Assembly: GCA_017461345.1 (NCBI GenBank)
Contig: JAFTYP010000007.1
Location: forward strand, 106,291-138,290
Origin: Bacteroidaceae bacterium
GTDB lineage: Bacteria > Bacteroidota > Bacteroidia > Bacteroidales > Bacteroidaceae
DNA length: 32,000 nt
Direction of reading: 5' to 3'
Each line of letters begins with the position of its first letter. The stretch's first letter is position 1. Shown piece after piece: positions 8,122 to 14,836 of the stretch. The position numbers were made by a program, and so were the translations under genes. The notes below the pieces were generated by a model. The model did no database searches and was not told where the DNA came from. It saw only the letters and a program-made list of their open reading frames with translations.

Positions 8122-9282
8122 TTATCTGTGTTTAATCAGCACTTTCTTCGTAGTGCCGTCGGCGTTACGAATGATGTTGACGCCTTGCTGTGGCTTACCG
8201 ATGCGACGACCTTGCAGGTCGAAGGTTTCTGCGGCCTTCGAAGGAAGGTCAGCAACAGCATCTATTCCTGTGGCATCATCCTTGCCTTTGTATTCAGTCC
8301 ATCTCATTGTACTCTCATCCCAATATTGAGGAATCCAGCCTTTTGCTTTAGCTGCTGCACAGCGAGTGTCTGTCATCACACCATGCTCGCTCGGATTAAA
8401 AATACACGCCCAATAACACTTGTTTGCTATAGGCAGACTCTCAATAAGTTCATCCATTTGTTCGGCCATTATTGGATTGTGAAAGGTACGTAACAAATTT
8501 AGTTTCTTGTTCTTTGATAGGTTCAGTGAGGTTAACTGATTATTATAACACATTAATTGCTTCAATTGCAAATTATTCGAGACATCAAGATACGTCAGTA
8601 AGTTGTCATTGCACTGCAGGGTTGTTAACGATTTGCAATCTAATACATTAATCGTTGATAATTGATTATTGTAACACCATATTATATCAAGTTTGCTACA
8701 GCCAGAGACATCTAGTTCCGTCAATTGATTTAAGTAGCACTTCAATGTTGTCAGAGCATTACAATCAATTGCTTTGAGTGTTATTATTTTATTTGAATAA
8801 CAATCTAACTCTGTCAGTTGTGTACACCCCGAAACATCGAGAGAAATCAATTGATTGGTGCTGCATGAAAGAGATACTAGGTCCTTGTTATTGGAAAGAT
8901 TGAGTTCAGATATAAGATTCCCATCACATTTCAGTATTTGTAATGAGGTATTCTTCGAAAGATTTAATTCTTTCAACTTGTTCCTTTGGCAATTTAATTT
9001 TGTCATTGCTGTAAAGAACTCTATTCCTTTCAGACTTTGTATTTTACCATCTGCTGTTAAATTTTGTGCTAACACATTAATAAAGGTAATACCAGCAATC
9101 TCCTCGTCCGTCAGAACACCATCTTTGCCATATTCTTGACTGAGTACCCAGCCTCGAAAATGCTCATCGGGGAAGTTCTCTTCGTTAATTACGACATCAG
9201 CAGACACGAATGTTGCAGAGAATAAAAGAATAGCATTAGTTAATATAATCCTATAGTATGTCATAATACTAAATAATTTCAT
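8122..9282 (-). CDS. Leucine-rich-repeat surface protein with signal peptide and T9SS C-terminal sorting domain
   Basis: N-terminal hydrophobic signal (ILTNAILLFSATFVSA). About 8-9 tandem 21-aa LRR units (LxxLxCxxNxLxxLDVSxC). The C-terminal FDLQGRRIGKPQQGVNIIRNADGTTKKVLIK resembles the Por/T9SS CTD. Confidence 0.8.
   Translation of the reverse strand: MKLFSIMTYYRIILTNAILLFSATFVSADVVINEENFPDEHFRGWVLSQEYGKDGVLTDEEIAGITFINVLAQNLTADGKIQSLKGIEFFTAMTKLNCQRNKLKELNLSKNTSLQILKCDGNLISELNLSNNKDLVSLSCSTNQLISLDVSGCTQLTELDCYSNKIITLKAIDCNALTTLKCYLNQLTELDVSGCSKLDIIWCYNNQLSTINVLDCKSLTTLQCNDNLLTYLDVSNNLQLKQLMCYNNQLTSLNLSKNKKLNLLRTFHNPIMAEQMDELIESLPIANKCYWACIFNPSEHGVMTDTRCAAAKAKGWIPQYWDESTMRWTEYKGKDDATGIDAVADLPSKAAETFDLQGRRIGKPQQGVNIIRNADGTTKKVLIKHR
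8472..9021 (-). repeat. Tandem ~63-bp coding repeats (LRR units) inside the LRR gene
   Basis: Protein-level periodicity of 21 aa across residues ~88-270 (e.g. TQLTELDCYSNKIITLKAIDC / NALTTLKCYLNQLTELDVSGC / SKLDIIWCYNNQLSTINVLDC). Confidence 0.7.
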
Positions 9283-9317
9283 ATTTAGATAATTTTAATG
9301 TTATACAAAAGTCTGTC

Positions 9318-9325
9318 CAAAATTA
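9318..9325 (-). promoter_or_regulatory. Candidate -7 promoter element (TAATTTTG) of the LRR gene
   Basis: Minus strand reads TAATTTTG, 36 nt upstream of the ATG at 9282. Confidence 0.45.
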
Positions 9326-9420
9326 CGAAATTCGGCAACACAAACAAACTTTTCTAAAAGATTTTTTAATTTATTGAAAACGAACTCATACTTTTCTGTT
9401 TTTGCAGACAAGATACGAGA

Positions 9421-9598
9421 CAAAAAATAACCTCCTTGCGGGAGGTTAAGAAAACACTCAAGAGAACTTCGGCAACTTCTGCAGAGAAGTTGCCCGACTT
9501 CTCTGCAGAAGTTTGTCAATTACTCTGGAGAAGTTTTAGAAGCCGACGAGGGGCTGGTTTTCACGCCTGCAGTCCACTTGGCAAAATGGACGCGTCCT
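9421..9598 (-). repeat. Intergenic repeat element, copy B (inverted relative to copy A)
   Basis: Its reverse complement aligns with 1228-1410. Central hairpin 9476-9511 has the same 14-bp arms and the same plus-strand loop ttgcccga. Terminal stem cctcc ttgcg ggagg (9431-9445) is followed on the minus strand by TTATTTTTTG. Confidence 0.8.
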
Positions 9599-9617
9599 TC
9601 GGGGCGAACGGACGCGT
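9581..9617 (-). terminator. Hairpin built from GGACGCGT palindromes; probable terminator of the lipid operon
   Basis: Arms acgcgtccttcg (9590-9601) / cgaacggacgcgt (9605-9617) with one bulge and loop ggg. On the minus strand it is followed by CCATTTTGCC. Lies 24 nt after the thioesterase stop. Confidence 0.5.
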
Positions 9618-9640
9618 GGTGTTGGAAACCGTTTTGGGAG

Positions 9641-10069
9641 TTATTGTTGTTTAAGCCACTTTTCTTTCCATGCCTTCACAAAGTCGGGCAGGTCCAGCAT
9701 CAAATCGCCGTTGGACTCGACAAACAACTGTGTGGTTTCTCCTTCGCAACAGAGTACGCCATCGCTCTCGCGGTAGATGCGGTATTTATAGTCGAGGCGT
9801 GCTCCGCGCTTGGGAACGAATGTAGTGTGAATAACTGCAACATCGCCCATCTGCAAGGATGCGTAGTGACGGGTGTGTACATCGTAGATGGGGGCATAAA
9901 TGCCTGTCTGTTGCATTACATCGTAACCCATGCCCGGATAATGACGGCCGAAGGATTCACGACCGTCTTCGAAATATACGATGTAATTCCCATGCCACAC
10001 TATGCGCATGGAGTCTATCTCGCTGAACTTTACTGGAACACGGCAAACATCTGTTATTTCCATAGGCAT
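9641..10069 (-). CDS. 4HBT/YbgC-family hotdog acyl thioesterase
   Basis: 142 aa with ATG at 10069. VKFSEIDSMRIVWHGNYIVYFEDGRE matches the 4HBT-type catalytic Asp / aromatic pattern. Confidence 0.8.
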   Translation of the reverse strand: MPMEITDVCRVPVKFSEIDSMRIVWHGNYIVYFEDGRESFGRHYPGMGYDVMQQTGIYAPIYDVHTRHYASLQMGDVAVIHTTFVPKRGARLDYKYRIYRESDGVLCCEGETTQLFVESNGDLMLDLPDFVKAWKEKWLKQQ

Positions 10070-10179
10070 GGGTTGTAACTTGAATGGTTATACGGTCTTG
10101 TTTAAGGTGACAAAATCTCTGTCTGCCCTGTTTCTCTTGAGTGGACAGACGGGTGGGGCGGATGTGTGTGTGGTGGGAA

Positions 10180-10914
10180 CTACGTATATAATCCTCCGTT
10201 GATGGAAATGACGTTGCCGGTAATATATCCTGCCTGTGGACTGCACAGGAAGGCTACACACTCTGCAACCTCCTCGGGTGTACCGAAACGGTTGGCAGGG
10301 ATGGTTTTCTTCAGTGCTGCTTCGTCGAGGCCTTCTACCATGTCTGTCTTGATGAAACCTGGTGCGATGGCATTGCAGGTGATGTTTTTCTTGGCCACTT
10401 CCTTAGCCAGAGCCTTGGTGGCAGCAATGAGTCCACCCTTGGCAGCAGAGTAGTTGGTCTGTCCCTGCATACCCATAATGCCACTTACGCTGGCCATATT
10501 GACGATGCGGCCGAACTTGTGGAACTGCATGGGCATGAGCAGAGGTTGGGTTACGTTGTAGAAGCCGTTGAGGCTCACGCCAAGTACGCTGATCCAATCT
10601 TCCTGTGGCATGAGAGACATGATGTTGTCCTTTCGTATGCCGGCATTGTTGACAAGAATCTCTATGTATTCGTCCTGGTCTGCATGAGCCTGCTGCCATG
10701 CCTCGATGGCAGAGCGGGTCTCTTCGGCATTGCTGACATCGAACTTCATCAGTTCGCCGTCGGAGCCTGCTTCGCGTACAAGGCGCAGCGTCTCTTCTGC
10801 TGCGGCGGTGTTGCCTGCAAAGTTGATAAGAACATTGTAGCCCATCTGAGCCAGTTTGACACATACGGCACGTCCGATGCCACGGCTGCCGCCTGTTACA
10901 AGTGCATACTTCAT
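10180..10914 (-). CDS. SDR 3-oxoacyl-ACP reductase (FabG-like ketoreductase)
   Basis: 244 aa. Contains TGGSRGIGRA (TGxxxGxG), NNAG, and the catalytic YSAAKGG (YxxxK). Confidence 0.9.
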   Translation of the reverse strand: MKYALVTGGSRGIGRAVCVKLAQMGYNVLINFAGNTAAAEETLRLVREAGSDGELMKFDVSNAEETRSAIEAWQQAHADQDEYIEILVNNAGIRKDNIMSLMPQEDWISVLGVSLNGFYNVTQPLLMPMQFHKFGRIVNMASVSGIMGMQGQTNYSAAKGGLIAATKALAKEVAKKNITCNAIAPGFIKTDMVEGLDEAALKKTIPANRFGTPEEVAECVAFLCSPQAGYITGNVISINGGLYT

Positions 10915-10942
10915 ATCTGGTTTAGTTATTGTAAAATGGTTG

Positions 10943-12361
10943 TTAGGGAATTGTACTGTTTTTTATCTCTTGACAAGTATAAGATGCTGTCATAGTGACG
11001 CCATGCAATCCATGCAGCATCAGGTTCTGCCCCGTCATGAACAGATTGGGAATCTGTGTCTTTGGAGAGACGATAGTCATCATGGGACTACTGAAGTCCT
11101 TGCGGAAGCCAAAAGCACTGCCTTCGGGTGTCATATTATAGTCCCTGTACGTCAGAGGTGTGCTCGACCACGTTTTGACTACCTTCTCGCCAAGACCGGG
11201 GATGGCCTTTTCTGCCAGAGCAATGCACTGCTCGGCAACCCGGGCTTTCATCTCCTCGTATGCCTTGGGGCGATGGAAGAGTTTGCTGCCCTCGTAGTCT
11301 TTGACCACTTCCCATAACATGGGAGTAAGGATGTCTATGTTTGTTACACTTTCTCCCTCCTCCGCTATCCTGGCACTCATCATGATGCCTTTGACGGTGA
11401 GACTTCTGTCGATTGCCATGTCCCAACAATCCGATGCTGCAAAAACAAACTTGTTGTGGTTGAAGTAGGGCAGGGAATCGCTCCTCAACTGTAGGTGCAG
11501 AGTGAAGATGCCAAAGGTGTTGGGTTGCATGCTCATACGCCGACGGAAGACTTTCTTCATTTGCGAACACTCTTCGACCAGGGAGCATGTAACGGCAGGG
11601 TGTGCATTGCTGACGAAGATGTCGGCTCCATACGACGTTCCGTCGGCACAGACGGCACAGACAATCCGTCCGTCCTTCTCCTTGAGGGCGACGACTTCCT
11701 TGTCTGTCAGCACCTCGCCGCCCAAAGCACGTATCTGCTCTGTCAGACAGGATACAAGACGATTGCCATCGGCAGCCAAACGCCAACTGCTTTCTATGAA
11801 CGGAGCAGTGCCATGAACATAGGTGAACAGAGGAAGTGTTTCTTTGCGCAACTCCATCTTGCATGTGGCTGGAGCAGAAAGTATCTGCAGAAGAAGAGGG
11901 TCGGAAATAATCGAAGTCAAGTATTCCCAGGCATTGGTCTTCTGCAACCAAAGTTCGTCGGTACAGTCAAGAAGTTCTCCATACAAGTCAAGGCCTTTCT
12001 CCTCGTTCGGGAAATAACGCTTCATGGCAGCAATGAAGCGTTTCTTGCCCTGTGGCCAGCAGAACTTCCGACCACCGACGTAAATCTCCTCGAAACAGTC
12101 TGCGTCCATCTGTCTCCACGGGAGAGTCATCAATCCCAGACTTTTAAAAGCATCATACAGTTGACCGCCTTCTGACAGTCCACCCACATAATGCAAGCCA
12201 GTGTCGTGTGCAAGTTTACCGCGACGAAAACTTTGCATACAGCCACCTGCCTGATGCTGACGTTCCAGGACAAGGACTTTTCTCCCCTCCATTGCCATCA
12301 TCAGAGCAACCTCAAGACCTCCGAGTCCGCTGCCTATAATAATAATGTCAGACTTTGTCAT
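10943..12361 (-). CDS. FAD-dependent oxidoreductase of the phytoene desaturase (CrtI) / RetSat-like family
   Basis: N-terminal DIIIIGSGLGGLEVALMMAMEGRKVLVLERQHQAGG (GxGxxG plus acidic residue plus GG). About 470 aa, typical for COG1233-type enzymes. The track start at 12364 is TTG; ATG at 12361 is preferred. Confidence 0.75.
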   Translation of the reverse strand: MTKSDIIIIGSGLGGLEVALMMAMEGRKVLVLERQHQAGGCMQSFRRGKLAHDTGLHYVGGLSEGGQLYDAFKSLGLMTLPWRQMDADCFEEIYVGGRKFCWPQGKKRFIAAMKRYFPNEEKGLDLYGELLDCTDELWLQKTNAWEYLTSIISDPLLLQILSAPATCKMELRKETLPLFTYVHGTAPFIESSWRLAADGNRLVSCLTEQIRALGGEVLTDKEVVALKEKDGRIVCAVCADGTSYGADIFVSNAHPAVTCSLVEECSQMKKVFRRRMSMQPNTFGIFTLHLQLRSDSLPYFNHNKFVFAASDCWDMAIDRSLTVKGIMMSARIAEEGESVTNIDILTPMLWEVVKDYEGSKLFHRPKAYEEMKARVAEQCIALAEKAIPGLGEKVVKTWSSTPLTYRDYNMTPEGSAFGFRKDFSSPMMTIVSPKTQIPNLFMTGQNLMLHGLHGVTMTASYTCQEIKNSTIP

Positions 12362-12478
12362 CAACTTATTTGTGTCTCATATTCGTCGACAAACAGATGG
12401 GGCTCTGTTGGCATAGCGTCATAAAACATTCATGAAGCCGAGCGAATCGAGTTAATGTGTTTCCAACGAATAGTCTTG

Positions 12479-12850
12479 TCATGCCTTATGCAAGAGACCT
12501 TTCAATGTCATATAAGTCTGTTTGTCGTCTGCAATGGAAGCCTGCACAGAAAACCCATCATCGGTAGGAGTAAGCGTCACTTGCACATCAACCTCGGGAC
12601 AGACGGTGGGAGTAGCCAGAGTAGTCAGACGGCATTGTTTGATTGCAGCGTATCGCAACTGCACGCCACACAACAGGATTGCACATTCCTTTATTGTTTC
12701 AATGTTGCAAACTCCCGGGCAGACAGGATCTTCAGGGAAATGTCCGTCATAGACATTACATTCTGGAAGTATTGCCACATGATACTTTGCACTGAGACCT
12801 TCGCCTCGTTCTTCGGACAATACTTTATAGAACTTGTTTTCTAATAGCAT
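12479..12850 (-). CDS. FabZ/FabA-like hotdog 3-hydroxyacyl-ACP dehydratase
   Basis: DGHFPEDPVCPGVCNIETIKE matches the FabZ active-site HFPxxPVxPGV motif. The track start at 12892 is TTG and overlaps the upstream gene; ATG at 12850 (MLLENKFY) is preferred. Confidence 0.75.
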   Translation of the reverse strand: MLLENKFYKVLSEERGEGLSAKYHVAILPECNVYDGHFPEDPVCPGVCNIETIKECAILLCGVQLRYAAIKQCRLTTLATPTVCPEVDVQVTLTPTDDGFSVQASIADDKQTYMTLKGLLHKA

Positions 12851-12875
12851 TATTATATATAATGTATTGTAATCT

Positions 12876-13310
12876 TCAATCCTCGCGTACAAAGATTTTC
12901 ATCTGTGTCTCTGCTATAATCTCTTCTCCGACAACAGTTGTGCCACTGATTATGGTAACGCCACCCACTGTCGCACCCATAACGATGCTCGTCTGCAATT
13001 CTTCGCCCAATCCTGGACGACGGTACAGACGGAAGTTCTTCACTTCCCCGATATATCCTACAGGAGGTTTCGTTGCCCCTTCGGCTACTGCACGATAGCC
13101 GGCAAAAGCAGATGCACATTGAGCAATATGTTCTATCACTCCAGGCTCTGCAATCTGTCCGTCTTCCTCGAGGAAGAAATTGTCTTCGCGAATCATCAAA
13201 CGACAGGAACACTCGTCCCCGTCAACCTTCAGCAACTCGTCCACCATCATGATGGGTGAGCGCTGTGGTATGAGTTCTTCAATCTTACTGATGGCTCTCG
13301 ATGTAGTCAT
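12876..13310 (-). CDS. Second hotdog-fold dehydratase (ApeI-like / FabA-like domain protein)
   Basis: 144 aa. N-terminal LIPQRSPIMMVDELL resembles the IPHRxPxLxVD motif of dehydratases in aryl-polyene-type loci. The ATG at 13310 overlaps the ACP gene by 26 nt. Confidence 0.65.
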   Translation of the reverse strand: MTTSRAISKIEELIPQRSPIMMVDELLKVDGDECSCRLMIREDNFFLEEDGQIAEPGVIEHIAQCASAFAGYRAVAEGATKPPVGYIGEVKNFRLYRRPGLGEELQTSIVMGATVGGVTIISGTTVVGEEIIAETQMKIFVRED

Positions 13311-13524
13311 ACAGGTCGTTGAATGTCTTTACACTTGGAAGGTCGGCAACAGGAATCTTAACCTTGAAGGTGTACTGAACAACAGCAACCAGGTCGACGA
13401 GACTCAAACTGTCCAACTGCAGTGTATCATAGATTACAGCATCGGGAGTTATGACTTCCTGTTCTACCTCAAACTCCTCTGAAAGTGTTTCAATAACCTT
13501 CTCAATAATTTCTTCTCTTGTCAT
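13285..13524 (-). CDS. Acyl carrier protein
   Basis: 79 aa. LQLDSLSLVDLV contains the DSL phosphopantetheine-attachment serine. The track start at 13530 is TTG; ATG at 13524 is preferred. Confidence 0.85.
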   Translation of the reverse strand: MTREEIIEKVIETLSEEFEVEQEVITPDAVIYDTLQLDSLSLVDLVAVVQYTFKVKIPVADLPSVKTFNDLYDYIESHQ

Positions 13525-13570
13525 AATCAATTCAAATTGGTTATAATGTTAATAATTAGTGTTTGTTTTA

Positions 13571-14791
13571 TTATAGGTTCTTTACGATAAGGGTGCTGTT
13601 TGTCCCGCCAAAGCCAAAACTGTTGCTCAGGAACATATCAAAATGTTTCTCTGTTGTTTCCGGGATGATATTCACGCATGCAGTCTCTTCGTCGGGCTCC
13701 TCGAAGTTAATGTTGCCGGCAATGAAGTCATTCTTCATCATCAGCATACTATAGATGCACTCGGCAGCACCTGCTGCCCACATCTCATGTCCCGTCTGTG
13801 ATTTGGTAGAGGTAACAGGGATTGCATAATCGCCGAATATTTGTTTGATGGCCATAGCCTCGCGTCCGTCGCCGGCATGAGTGCTGGTGGCATGGGCATT
13901 GAGATAACCAATTTCTGTAGGATTGATGCCTCCATTGCGAATGGCAAGTTCCAACGAACGAGCAGGACCTGCCACGTTGGGTGTGGAAATGTGATCGCCG
14001 TTACCACTGAAGCCCCAACCTACAATCTCGGCAAGAATGGGTGCGCCGCGCTTGACAGCATGTTCATAACTTTCCAGAATAATGGTAGCAGCACCACCAC
14101 CAGGAACCAGACCATCGCGATTCTTATCGAAGGGACGACTGGCTTTAGCAGGTTCATCTTCACGAGTGGAGAATGCCTGAATACCATCAAAACTTGCAAC
14201 ACAATACATGTTTGCCTCTTGGGCACCGCCAGTGATAATACAGTCGGACAAACCATTCTTGATGAGCAGATAGGCATTGCCTATTGCCAAAGAAGAACTT
14301 GCACATGCAGCACTGCTTGTGAGGTTGATGCCACGGAGGCGGAACAGACATGCTAGATTCATGGTTACGGTGCTGTTCATGCTTTGGAAAATGGCTCCAC
14401 TACCGCATGCACTGGTCTCCTTGAATTCGCGGAAACGGTCCAGGGCAACCATTGTGGCTTCGGCAACGCTATCGTTACCATAAATGATACCTACTTCGTG
14501 AGAATCAATATAATCCTGGTCCAGACGTGCATGCTCTAAAGCGTCTTTTGTTGCCATGTATGCATACTGTGCTTCTTCGGGCATAAACTGACGCATAGAA
14601 CGGCAAACTAACTTTTTCAAGTCGGGCTTTGGCACATCGGCACATAGTCCGCTGCGGAATCCCATATCTTTTCTTTCCTGAGAGAAAATGATACCGCTTT
14701 TCCCATCATACAGGTTCTGTCGTACTTCGTCCAATGTCTGGCCTAAGCACGACCAGATTCCCATACCTGTAATAACAACTCTATTTTCCAT
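13571..14791 (-). CDS. Beta-ketoacyl-ACP synthase (KAS I/II-type, elongating)
   Basis: 406 aa. Active-site Cys in SSAACASSSLAIG, His in NAHATSTHAGD and His in QTGHEMWAAGA (a C-H-H triad). C-terminal NSFGFGGTN. Confidence 0.9.
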   Translation of the reverse strand: MENRVVITGMGIWSCLGQTLDEVRQNLYDGKSGIIFSQERKDMGFRSGLCADVPKPDLKKLVCRSMRQFMPEEAQYAYMATKDALEHARLDQDYIDSHEVGIIYGNDSVAEATMVALDRFREFKETSACGSGAIFQSMNSTVTMNLACLFRLRGINLTSSAACASSSLAIGNAYLLIKNGLSDCIITGGAQEANMYCVASFDGIQAFSTREDEPAKASRPFDKNRDGLVPGGGAATIILESYEHAVKRGAPILAEIVGWGFSGNGDHISTPNVAGPARSLELAIRNGGINPTEIGYLNAHATSTHAGDGREAMAIKQIFGDYAIPVTSTKSQTGHEMWAAGAAECIYSMLMMKNDFIAGNINFEEPDEETACVNIIPETTEKHFDMFLSNSFGFGGTNSTLIVKNL

Positions 14792-14836
14792 AATGGTCTA
14801 ACAATTATGTGTCTAATTATATTTTTACTGCAATAC

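Noticed and set aside
9578-10078. 166-aa plus-strand ORF covering the thioesterase gene region.
   Set aside because: It is antisense to a gene with clear 4HBT motifs, starts inside the repeat/hairpin region and has no recognisable features.
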